Shown here piece after piece: positions 1 to 8,862 of a stretch of 64,000 nt of DNA (the first letter of the stretch is position 1; the number at the start of each line of letters is the position of its first letter). A model generated the notes under the pieces. That model ran no database searches. It was not told where the DNA came from and saw nothing but the letters and a program-made list of their open reading frames with translations. The position numbers and the translations under genes are program-made. The stretch is from the NCBI GenBank assembly GCA_943914425.1, contig CALUBZ010000002.1, forward strand, positions 3,200 to 67,199. The letters are read 5' to 3'. Source of the stretch: an uncultured Streptococcus sp. GTDB taxonomy: Bacteria; Bacillota; Bacilli; Lactobacillales; Streptococcaceae.

Positions 1-299
1 AGATTGGAAACTAGATTATAAAACTGAAAAACAAAACCGACATCATTGCGGCGGTAATTGGTTCTCTGGTGGGAATTGTAGTCTGCAATATTGGCACCAT
101 CAATCCAGATTTCCCCCTCGTCATTGGTATCCATTCCCCCAAGAAGATTAAGAACCGTTGACTTGCCTGCACCAGATGCACCTAGAATAATGACCAATTC
201 ACCCTTTTCAATCTCAAAATTCACATCACGATTGGCCACAATATCCGTCTCCCCAACCTGATAACGCTTGTAACAATGTTTCATCTCAATATAAGCCAT
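1..299 (-). CDS. ABC transporter ATP-binding protein (LolD/SalX-like), N-terminal part; runs off window
   Basis: Manual translation MAYIEMKHCYKRYQVGETDIVANRDVNFEIEKGELVIILGASGAGKSTVLNLLGG; Walker A GASGAGKS, Q-loop VFQFYNL; GAGG RBS; alternative ATG at 302. Confidence 0.9.
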   Translation of the reverse strand, partial: MAYIEMKHCYKRYQVGETDIVANRDVNFEIEKGELVIILGASGAGKSTVLNLLGGMDTNDEGEIWIDGANIADYNSHQRTNYRRNDVGFVFQFYNLVSN

Positions 300-371
300 C
301 ATCAACCTCACTTTCTTTAACTACTTCTTAATATCATTATAACGCTTTTTCGAAGAGTTGGATACTAGAAT

Positions 372-408
372 AAAAAGAAAAACCTAGGTATTCCTAGGCT
401 TTCTTTTT
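372..408 (-). terminator. Intrinsic terminator after gpmA
   Basis: AAAAAGAAAAACCTAGG-TATT-CCTAGGCTTTCTTTTT hairpin with flanking A/T tracts. Confidence 0.75.
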
Positions 409-413
409 ACAAA

Positions 414-1106
414 TTATTTTCCAAGGTAGTATTCAGAAACTACGTTCAATTTTTCATCGAATTCGAATACCAATGGTGGGAAGTTAGGGATTTCCACGTC
501 CATGATCTCGTCATCTGACAAACCTTTGATGTGTTTTACAAGGGCACGGATTGAGTTACCGTGAGCTCCTACGAATACGTTTTTACCATCTTTAAGTGCT
601 GGAGCGATTTTGTCTTCCCAGAATGGAAGGGCACGTTCCAAAGTCACTTTCAAGTTTTCAGCATCTGGAATAACTGAATCGTCAAGTGAAGCGTAACGAC
701 GGTCAGTGTGAGCTGAATGCTCATCATCACGATCCATGTTTGGAGGCAATACATCGTATGAACGCCGCCAGATGTGAACTTGCTCATCACCAAATTGTTC
801 AGCAGCTTCAGCCTTGTTTTTACCAGTCAAACCACCGTAGTGACGTTCGTTCAAGCGCCATGATTTTTCAACTGGAACCCACAATTGGTCAGAAGCTTCA
901 AGAGCCAAGTTAGTTGTTTTGATCGCACGTTTCAATACTGAAGTGTAAGCTTGGTCAAATTCGATACCAGCTTCTTTGATCAATTTACCAGCGTCAATCG
1001 CTTGTTGTGTACCTTTTTCAGACAAATCAACATCAGCCCAACCAGTGAAAAGGTTAGCTTTGTTCCATTCAGACTCACCGTGGCGAGCAAAAACCAATTT
1101 TACCAT
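414..1106 (-). CDS. gpmA: 2,3-bisphosphoglycerate-dependent phosphoglycerate mutase
   Basis: [13 protein letters not shown] and AHGNS motifs; 230 aa. Confidence 0.98.
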   Translation of the reverse strand: MVKLVFARHGESEWNKANLFTGWADVDLSEKGTQQAIDAGKLIKEAGIEFDQAYTSVLKRAIKTTNLALEASDQLWVPVEKSWRLNERHYGGLTGKNKAEAAEQFGDEQVHIWRRSYDVLPPNMDRDDEHSAHTDRRYASLDDSVIPDAENLKVTLERALPFWEDKIAPALKDGKNVFVGAHGNSIRALVKHIKGLSDDEIMDVEIPNFPPLVFEFDEKLNVVSEYYLGK

Positions 1107-1256
1107 TAGATGGATTCTCCTTTTATTTTTCGAGGTTTCCCTCGTTTATCTATTCTATTTTACACAATTTTTCACAAAAAAGCTAGTTAAAATCGATAAG
1201 TTCTGACAGTCAGGAAGTAAAGTCCTCTCATCCTGATTAGGAACTTCTATAATTCA

Positions 1257-4200
1257 TTACTTTTTATTTGCAAAAATAGAGGTTCTAAAATCATTTGTTT
1301 GATCTAGGTAGGCTTTAAAGACTGCTCTCTTAAGTTTATGAACAGCACTGTCAGTCTCTGGATTATAATCACTCCAACGCGTACCTTCCGCATCCTGTAA
1401 AACAGCTTGGTCCATCAGTTCTTGCAACTCATTTACTCTTTGAATGGTTTTCGTGGCATTGCTCATCCATGATTGCGTCGGATCTTTAAAAGTAACTTTA
1501 TTCAAATGATCAAACTGAGCAACGCGCTCTTGATACATAGCTTTTTTAAAGGCTGCCCAAGATGAATACTGACCACCAAATAGCTTTTCTAAGACAAGCT
1601 TATCTGTCACTAATCCTTGCTTTTTACCGTAGAGATTGATTGTCTGACCATTTTGTTTAGCAATTTCTTCATATTGGTTGGAAATATATGGGACCATACC
1701 ATCTTTAAAGCCTTTGGCAGCCAGAAGTTCGTAAGCGATCCGACGTCCCATAAGGTCCCCTGGCGTGCCTTTCTCACTGCTGAGAGCTGAAAAGATTGGG
1801 GCAAAGAGTTTAATGGTATAGTATCCATTTCTCTCGTAGTCGCCAGACTGGTACTCACGAGCTGATAAGATGTTGTGGTCAATCAAACTATCAAAGTTAG
1901 TTAGGTTTCTAGCCTCTTCTTCTGTCAATTCTTTGACTACGTTAGTGGCATAAACCTCATTTCCATCTGCTGGATCTTTCACATACTTGTTCTCAATTTT
2001 TCTGAGAGCTTCCATTTTCTGGGAAACATTCAGTTTCTTAACGATTGATTGCCCTTCAAGATATTCCAACATATAGATGAGGTCAAACATATTATGAGCG
2101 TATTTCTGGAGATCGGCTGCGTCTTTGAATCGTTCCGTCGGATCTAAGACTTGTAGACGGGATCCTTCTAAGCTATCTGATTTTAAATGTTTCAAGATTG
2201 AATTAATGGTAATGGTCGCATCATTTGGATGATCTGGCGCTTGTAATAAACCTTTAGCAAAGAACTCAGGACCAAGACCACTTCTTCGACCATAGCCACC
2301 AAGATAGATATCCTGATCGGAATCATGGGTCATTTCATGGGTATACGTAATAGCGCCATCCTTATCCAACATACGGTAAGACATATAGTAGACACCATCT
2401 CCTGTTGCGTATGCACCGTGATGATTATGAACTACCTTGTTACCAACTGGTCCAAAGAAATGTTGCATTGCAGGATTTGAATTCTCAAAGTCTGCGATTG
2501 TTGAAGCCTTTCCTTCAGTATGATCATCACCAAATTTATAGGCATCATAAAGCAGGATCGTACGATAGAGTTTTTCACGTCCCTGATTATCTAAAATACG
2601 ATACCAATAATCGTAGTGATCTCGCTGACGCTTGGCTGTTTCACGCGCATTCTCTTCAACAAACTTATTGAGTTTATCTCCAGCCCTATAGTCACTATTG
2701 CGGTAGCGATCGTAAGCGCCAAATCCTAAGCTAGACAAGGTTGAAATGACAAATACAGATTTTTCTGGCAAAGTAAGGAGAGGCAAGACCATATTGCGGT
2801 ATTTCCAAGTACTACTAGTAATTCGGTCATAAACACCGATAGAATACTTAGTCCCTGCTTGCTCTTGCTTAGCTTTGACCTCTGCAATAGTGGATTTTTC
2901 TTCGACAATGAAAGCTTTGGTCTGGGATTTAAACCAGTCATTGTTGCTAGTATTTGGTAAAAAGACTTTTCGGTAATGTTCTAGCGTGCTAAACAAATCT
3001 GTCGTTCCATGATGGCTGGCAAGACTGATACCATAAGTATCAACGTTGTTCTTAGCAAGCAGATTATTAAATCCTGATTTCCCTAACTCAATCAAGGTAT
3101 CTAGCGGAGATGCATTTCCTTTGCCAAAGAAATCAAGGTGATACAAGACCAAGTCTTTAATATTAACCTGACCATAGCTAAAGTTATACCAACGCTCTAA
3201 GTAGCTCATACCAAGAAGCAAGGCTTCCTTGTTGCGCTTGATCTTATCTACGATGTAACCTGTCATTACTTGATTGTTTTCCACTAGACCAGCATCCGCT
3301 GACAAGAGTTTTCTCAGACTTTCTTCTAGATGTTCCTTCGTTTTAGTAAACTGTTCTTCTAAATAGAGCTCGGTTTGCTTCACTTTTGGTGAAATACCAA
3401 GTGTGTTTCTAATAGCGTCTGAATGATAATTTACCTTCTTCAATTCTGGTAAGACTTGCTGGATAATCGTTTCTTGATTATACAGGAATTGGTTTGGCGT
3501 ATAGAGAAGCCCCGTATCTCCTAGACTATATTCTGCTAACTTAGCAAAATCAGTCTGGTACTTGAGCTGGAATATTTCAGAGGAATGATCCTGGTAATGG
3601 AGCAAGAGTTTGTTTGCAGTCTGTTTGTTGGAAACAATATCTGTGATGACTTGGTCATCCTTCATCATGACTGCTGACAAGAGTTCTTTTTGATATAAAA
3701 GACTATTCTCGTTAACTAGGTTTCCGTATTTGACGATGGTTGCCTTGTTGTAGAAAGGTAGCAATTTTTCAATATTTTTATAAGCCAAGGCACGCTGAGC
3801 TTGATAATGCTTCACCTTAGAAAAATCACTTTCTTTACTACCACTTGTTGAAAGGGGCTCCACTGTTGGAGGGGTGAGAGGATTGATTTCTGTTTTTTTA
3901 TTAGTCACTTCAGAAGCATCTAAAATTGTTCCTCTTTCTACAAAGGATTCCTTGCTGACGACTTCTTCCCTGACCAAGGTGACATTGTAGACTCTATTAG
4001 CTTTGTTGCTGAATGTATTAGCCACCTTCATTTCATTATAGTGGTAACCGGTAATAGCATTCCCGTTGGTTACATTGACATCACTTAGTACATTGGTCAA
4101 TCTTCCTGCATGCTGTTCCTCATTCGTCTTTCGATCCCACAAATATCCAGCCACACCCGCAACTCTACCAAAGTGCTTGACATTGTTGATATCACCTTCA

Positions 4201-7200
4201 GCATAGCTATCCTGTATATGCGCATCTTGGTCTACTAGACCTGCTAGCCCACCAACAGTCTGATCTGAACTATTCGTGTTGGATGAAATGGCTACTGTCG
4301 CTTTTGACTTAGTCAATGAAGCTCTGCCTCCTGTCAAATGACCGACCAGACCACCAATATTGTATGCAGCAGTCGTTTCGTAGGTATTAACAATTCTTCC
4401 CTTAAAACTGCTCTCTGTGATGCTTGATTGGTCTGCCTTAGCCAACAAACCACCGATACCACGTTCCCCAGCCAGAACACCATCGACATGAACTTGCTTA
4501 ATCTTTGTGTTATCCGTAGCTTCATTGGCCAGTGAACCGATATCATCTTTACCAGAAATAGAGACATTTTTTAGGCTCAACTTTTCTACTGTGGCCCCTC
4601 TCAAGCTTTCAAAAAGAGGCTTTTTCAAATTGTAAATAGCATACCGCTTACCATCTTTTTCACCAATCAACTGACCAGTAAAGGTGCCCTTGATGTAAGA
4701 TCTGTCATCAGGTCCCAACTCCACTTCGTTAGCATTCAAGCTGGCCGCTAAATGATAGGTTCCAGAGAGATTCTTGTTGATAGCTTTAACCAGGTTGCTA
4801 AAGGAAGTAAAGGTTGTTGTTTCTTCTGTGGCCTTTTTTGCGAGATAGAAGGTGAAATTATCTACATATTTATTTTCTAGCTCTTGCTGGAGTTTCTCAG
4901 CTTTGGCTATGATTTTATAAACGGATTGTCCATTTTTTATTTCTGCAGTTATTGAAGCGACAGGTAGATAGACATCTTTGAATGACGACGATTTTACCTT
5001 AACAAAATAAGTGTCTATATTACTTGGAACACTGTCAAAAGAAACATGTTGTTTGTAAGTACCATTGGTCTGACTATACAACTCCAGATCCGAAACATTT
5101 CTTAATTCAAGTGTTTTTTCTGGATCTTTTTCTTGTGGTTTTTCAGATGGAGTTTCCGGTTTTACTTGCTCAATATTGCCAGTATATTCTGGAAGAGGGG
5201 CAACTTGTTCGGGTTCAACTATTTCTCCCGATTGGGTGCCTGTATAAGATGGTTTCGATGGTGCCTGTTCTGGTTCGACTATTGCTCCAGATTGGATGCC
5301 AGTATATTCTGGTTTGTCGGCTGTCTCAGGGGCTACAATAGCTCCTGATTGCTCACCTTTATATTCTGGTAAGGAAGCATGGGTCTCTGGTTCGACGATG
5401 GTCCCAGCTTGAGTTCCCGTGTACTCTGGTTGTGGAGCTACTTGTTCGGGTTCAACAATCGCTCCGGATTGGGTGCCTGTATAAGATGGTTTCGATGGTA
5501 TCTGTTCTGGTTCGACGATGGCTCCAGATTGGGTGCCTGTATATTCTGGTTTGTCGGCCGTCTCAGGGGCTACAACAGCTCCTGATTGCTCACCTTTATA
5601 TTCTGGTTTGTCGGCTGTCTCAGGGGCTACAATCGCTCCCGATTGAGTTCCTGTATACTCTGGTGTTGGTAGCACCTGTTCAGGATCTACGATTGCTCCA
5701 GACTGCTCGCCTGTATAGGCTGGTTTGTCAGTCGTTTCTGGTTCCACCAAAGCCCCTGACTGGACACCCCCAACCTCTGGATCAACTTTTTCCGGTTCGA
5801 CGATAGCACCAGCTTGGGTTCCCTGATACTCAGGTGATGGAGCGACTTGCTCGGGTTCAACGACTGCTCCTGCTTGGGTGCCTGTATAGGCTAGTTTTTC
5901 AGCTGTCTCTGGGGCTACAACAGCTCCTGATTGCTCACCTTTATATTCTGGCAAAGAAGGCTGAGTCTCAGGTTCGACAATAGCTCCCGATTGACTTCCT
6001 GTATACTCTGGTGTTGGTGGCAACTGTTCAGGATCTACGATTGCTCCAGACTGCTCGCCTTTATATTCTGGCAAAGAAGGCTGAGTCTCAGGTTCGACAA
6101 TAGCACCGGACTGAGTTCCCTGATACTCAGGTTGCGAATCTACTTTCTCGGGTTCGACGACTGCTCCGGACTGAGTTCCTCTATATTCTGATTTTTCAGC
6201 TGTCTCTGGGGCTACAATAGCTCCCGATTGCTCACCTCTATATTCTGGCAAGGAAGCCTGAGACTCTGGCTCTCCTTTTCTTGCAGAGAATGGTGTTTCA
6301 CTCGGAGTGACTGCCTTCTTTGTTCCCTTTTCTACTATACGTGGTAAGGCTTCGTCTACCTTAGTCAAGAGAACTTCTCGGGAAATTTCTTGGTTTTCAA
6401 CAGTGAAAATGCGAACAAGTTCAATCTTCTTCCCAGCACGACCTTCTTGTTTGACACGAATGGTTCCCTCTGTTAGATCTGGATTTTCTTGAACCACTTC
6501 AGCAAAGTCTAGTTTGGTTTCAATCTCTTGTTCTTTGTATAGGAGCTCTGGTTTGTTCACACGACCAGCCAAGACTTCGTCCTGAGGATCCACACTAGCA
6601 ATACCAGACGGTTTTGGATTGGATGAATCTTGAGAAGGGATTGGCTTCTCAGCAGGGCTTGTTGGAGACTGAGCTTTCTGCTCATCTCCTAACTTTTGTC
6701 CATCATTATTGGTCTGAAAATGAGGTTGAACCGTATAGTCTAGTTTCTGATCCCTAGTAGCAGTTTCTTGCTGATTAAGCTCTTTGTCTTGCTTAATATA
6801 GCCTAGGTAGGTATAACCTGATAAGGCGCGTGGCAAAGGCAGACTATCTCCTTGGGATAATTGGTATTCCTGATTGTATTGTAGCAAAAGCTGATTTTCA
6901 ATAGCCTGAACCGAAGAGACCAAACCGCTCCCCACGCCTGTTATCAAAACAACCTTCAACAATGCTTTCTTATTGCCTTTCTTTCTCGAAACAGCAAAAA
7001 TAAGGAGTCCAATCGAAGCGAGGGCTCCACCCGAAAGGACAGTAACCAGATTACTGTGCTCACCGGTATGAGGCAACTGACCTAGTTGGGCTTTCTCATC
7101 CATACGGTAGACTAGATAATAGGTACTCTCACTCTCTTCAGCCACTTTAGGAATATCCTTTACAATCAAGTCCTTCTCTTGCTTACTTAACTCTGTATCT

Positions 7201-7361
7201 GTCACATATTTATAGTGAATAGATACATTTTCTTGAGCAAATACGGTCCCACTACTAGCAATGGACACAAAAAATAAGCTCGAAATTGAAGCAGACACAA
7301 GACCAATCGCCAACTTTCGTAAGGAAAAACGATGCTGCTTCTCTCCAAAAAACTTTTTCAT
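1257..7361 (-). CDS. iga: Cell-wall-anchored M26 zinc metalloprotease, IgA1 protease type
   Basis: YSIRK-like signal (FSLRKLAIGLVS), N-terminal LPHTG plus hydrophobic segments, G5 domain, 20-aa PEYTGTQSGAIVEPE repeats as in oral streptococcal IgA1 proteases, HEMTH zinc motif and downstream PEFFA glutamate. Confidence 0.8.
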   Translation of the reverse strand: MKKFFGEKQHRFSLRKLAIGLVSASISSLFFVSIASSGTVFAQENVSIHYKYVTDTELSKQEKDLIVKDIPKVAEESESTYYLVYRMDEKAQLGQLPHTGEHSNLVTVLSGGALASIGLLIFAVSRKKGNKKALLKVVLITGVGSGLVSSVQAIENQLLLQYNQEYQLSQGDSLPLPRALSGYTYLGYIKQDKELNQQETATRDQKLDYTVQPHFQTNNDGQKLGDEQKAQSPTSPAEKPIPSQDSSNPKPSGIASVDPQDEVLAGRVNKPELLYKEQEIETKLDFAEVVQENPDLTEGTIRVKQEGRAGKKIELVRIFTVENQEISREVLLTKVDEALPRIVEKGTKKAVTPSETPFSARKGEPESQASLPEYRGEQSGAIVAPETAEKSEYRGTQSGAVVEPEKVDSQPEYQGTQSGAIVEPETQPSLPEYKGEQSGAIVDPEQLPPTPEYTGSQSGAIVEPETQPSLPEYKGEQSGAVVAPETAEKLAYTGTQAGAVVEPEQVAPSPEYQGTQAGAIVEPEKVDPEVGGVQSGALVEPETTDKPAYTGEQSGAIVDPEQVLPTPEYTGTQSGAIVAPETADKPEYKGEQSGAVVAPETADKPEYTGTQSGAIVEPEQIPSKPSYTGTQSGAIVEPEQVAPQPEYTGTQAGTIVEPETHASLPEYKGEQSGAIVAPETADKPEYTGIQSGAIVEPEQAPSKPSYTGTQSGEIVEPEQVAPLPEYTGNIEQVKPETPSEKPQEKDPEKTLELRNVSDLELYSQTNGTYKQHVSFDSVPSNIDTYFVKVKSSSFKDVYLPVASITAEIKNGQSVYKIIAKAEKLQQELENKYVDNFTFYLAKKATEETTTFTSFSNLVKAINKNLSGTYHLAASLNANEVELGPDDRSYIKGTFTGQLIGEKDGKRYAIYNLKKPLFESLRGATVEKLSLKNVSISGKDDIGSLANEATDNTKIKQVHVDGVLAGERGIGGLLAKADQSSITESSFKGRIVNTYETTAAYNIGGLVGHLTGGRASLTKSKATVAISSNTNSSDQTVGGLAGLVDQDAHIQDSYAEGDINNVKHFGRVAGVAGYLWDRKTNEEQHAGRLTNVLSDVNVTNGNAITGYHYNEMKVANTFSNKANRVYNVTLVREEVVSKESFVERGTILDASEVTNKKTEINPLTPPTVEPLSTSGSKESDFSKVKHYQAQRALAYKNIEKLLPFYNKATIVKYGNLVNENSLLYQKELLSAVMMKDDQVITDIVSNKQTANKLLLHYQDHSSEIFQLKYQTDFAKLAEYSLGDTGLLYTPNQFLYNQETIIQQVLPELKKVNYHSDAIRNTLGISPKVKQTELYLEEQFTKTKEHLEESLRKLLSADAGLVENNQVMTGYIVDKIKRNKEALLLGMSYLERWYNFSYGQVNIKDLVLYHLDFFGKGNASPLDTLIELGKSGFNNLLAKNNVDTYGISLASHHGTTDLFSTLEHYRKVFLPNTSNNDWFKSQTKAFIVEEKSTIAEVKAKQEQAGTKYSIGVYDRITSSTWKYRNMVLPLLTLPEKSVFVISTLSSLGFGAYDRYRNSDYRAGDKLNKFVEENARETAKRQRDHYDYWYRILDNQGREKLYRTILLYDAYKFGDDHTEGKASTIADFENSNPAMQHFFGPVGNKVVHNHHGAYATGDGVYYMSYRMLDKDGAITYTHEMTHDSDQDIYLGGYGRRSGLGPEFFAKGLLQAPDHPNDATITINSILKHLKSDSLEGSRLQVLDPTERFKDAADLQKYAHNMFDLIYMLEYLEGQSIVKKLNVSQKMEALRKIENKYVKDPADGNEVYATNVVKELTEEEARNLTNFDSLIDHNILSAREYQSGDYERNGYYTIKLFAPIFSALSSEKGTPGDLMGRRIAYELLAAKGFKDGMVPYISNQYEEIAKQNGQTINLYGKKQGLVTDKLVLEKLFGGQYSSWAAFKKAMYQERVAQFDHLNKVTFKDPTQSWMSNATKTIQRVNELQELMDQAVLQDAEGTRWSDYNPETDSAVHKLKRAVFKAYLDQTNDFRTSIFANKK
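5178..6270 (-). repeat. 18 tandem ~18-20 aa (54-60 bp) coding repeats in the Zmp stalk
   Basis: 18 copies of the (T/E)Q(S/A)GA(I/V)VxPE core counted; higher-order DNA duplication 5204-5370 vs 5441-5607. Confidence 0.95.
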
Positions 7362-7560
7362 TCTATATCCTCTCTATTATTTTATCCATTTCAAAATAGA
7401 AGAAGCATTTTGCTTCCTCACTATGATAAACTTACAAGAAACAAAAATACTTCTATATATATTTTGATATATTTAATCTACAACCATCATTATACTATAA
7501 ATTCTCTAACTTGTCCCAAAATAGTACCAGCATTCTTCAATTCATTTGAGCAGTAGTAAT

Positions 7561-7743
7561 TTCTCAAAGTAACTTCCACTTGGTTGGTCAAAGTGGAAAT
7601 TAGTCTAAAACGGATTTTATGGTGGAATTAAGTGTAAGACGATTGAGTTAGAAATGCGGTCCACTATAACAAAACATATTGAATTAGCGGTGGAACTTAG
7701 TTTGGAAATTTAGCTGTTTGGCAGTAGGGTTGCTTTGAACAAA
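7561..7743. repeat. Degenerate intergenic element with imperfect terminal inverted repeats and internal GTGGAA repeats
   Basis: TCAAAGTAACTTCCACT vs AGTAGGGTTGCTTTGA; hairpin TTCCACTT/AAGTGGAA at 7574-7598; GTGGAAnTnAGT at 7593, 7622 and 7690. Confidence 0.45.
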
Positions 7744-7839
7744 TATCAGTAAATATGTAGTAAGAAATTTCCATTTCACTCTTGCTAGTCTCCTTACTTT
7801 TTGTTAGAATGATGTCAAAAAATAAAGAAGGTTAATATT

Positions 7840-8631
7840 ATGCCACAACATCTCTTTAAAGAATTGACTCAACTGGAGCAAGTAGAGGCACTAGCTCTAG
7901 GAGGATCACGAGCTGGACAAGATTTTGACAAAGACTCTGACTATGATGTATATGTCTATCTCAGTGCTCCCCTCTCGCCAGACATCCGAAAAGAAATTCT
8001 CAGTAAATACTGCTCCTACATGGAAATCGGCAATCAATTTTGGGAATTGGAGGATGATTGTATTCTCAATAATGGCATCGAGATTGAGCTGATTTACCGC
8101 TCTCTAGACGAATTTGACAAAGATTTACAGGTCGTAGTTTTAGAGCAGCAAGCCCAGAATTCTTACACTACTTGTATGTGGTACAATCTGCTCAACAGTA
8201 AGATTCTCTACGATCGAGATGGTCACTATGCTGCCCTCCAGAAAAAGTATAATCTTCCTTATCCAGCTGAGCTGAAAAAGAATATCATCAACAAGCAATT
8301 CCTACTTCTCGACCAAGCTATGCCAGCTTTTTCAAGACAAATCAAAAAAGCCCTCAAACGCAAAGACTTACTCAGCATCAACCACCGCAGTAGCGAGTTT
8401 TTCGCTTCTTATTTCGATTTGCTCTTTGCCTTCAATGAGCAGCTCCATCCAGGAGAAAAACGCATGCTCCAGTACGCAAAAAACAATTGCTCTCATCTAC
8501 CGCAATATTTTGAAGACGATATCCAAGACTATTTTCAAAATCTCTACCAGCTAGATCAGTATGAGAAAACAGTCCTAACTTTAGAGCATCTCCTATTAAA
8601 TCTCAAACACTTGATTAATGAATCTATTTAG
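7840..8631 (+). CDS. Pol-beta-superfamily nucleotidyltransferase with helical C-terminal domain (DUF4037-like)
   Basis: GGSRAG-x7-DYD catalytic motif, third acidic residue in IELIYR; 263 aa. Confidence 0.75.
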   Translation: MPQHLFKELTQLEQVEALALGGSRAGQDFDKDSDYDVYVYLSAPLSPDIRKEILSKYCSYMEIGNQFWELEDDCILNNGIEIELIYRSLDEFDKDLQVVVLEQQAQNSYTTCMWYNLLNSKILYDRDGHYAALQKKYNLPYPAELKKNIINKQFLLLDQAMPAFSRQIKKALKRKDLLSINHRSSEFFASYFDLLFAFNEQLHPGEKRMLQYAKNNCSHLPQYFEDDIQDYFQNLYQLDQYEKTVLTLEHLLLNLKHLINESI

Positions 8632-8640
8632 AATTACAAT

Positions 8641-8683
8641 AAAAGCTCATGAAATCTTCTTTTCAGATGAATCATGAGCTTTT
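8641..8683 (+). terminator. Bidirectional terminator downstream of the nucleotidyltransferase
   Basis: AAAAGCTCATGA...TCATGAGCTTTT. Confidence 0.75.
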
Positions 8684-8752
8684 TGAATTTCCACAATATA
8701 TAACGGTGTAGAGTTGATTGAAACAAGAGCAGGACAAAAAGGTACAAACATG

Positions 8753-8803
8753 ATAAAAACGCATCATATCAGATGTTCAAAAACGTGATACAATGCGTTT
8801 TAT
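8753..8803. repeat. Terminator-like hairpin, possibly SPRITE-related, downstream of ileS
   Basis: AAAACGCAT-CATATCA...TGATACA-ATGCGTTTT stem; family assignment is from recall only. Confidence 0.5.
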
Positions 8804-8862
8804 AGTCTATAAGATTAGTTGTCTTTTCTTCTCAAATTGAGTTTTCCCTAGACTTTTCAATA

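Noticed and set aside
570..577. TACGAATA ComX-box-like sequence
   Set aside because: Inside gpmA, antisense, and lacks the upstream T-rich tract
1159..1176. Rex-like site in the gpmA promoter
   Set aside because: Only one good half-site (TTCACAA); too weak to call
5024..6492. Several plus-strand ORFs and a CRISPR-like ~60-bp periodicity
   Set aside because: In-frame coding repeats of the Zmp gene; no unique spacers or cas genes
7561..7743. Possible mini-CRISPR array from GTGGAA repeats
   Set aside because: Repeats are short, degenerate, irregularly spaced and in both orientations; no cas genes
7840..8631. Nucleotidyltransferase as CBASS, AbiE or MNT-HEPN defence component
   Set aside because: Monocistronic with no effector or toxin partner, and no recognisable CD-NTase features
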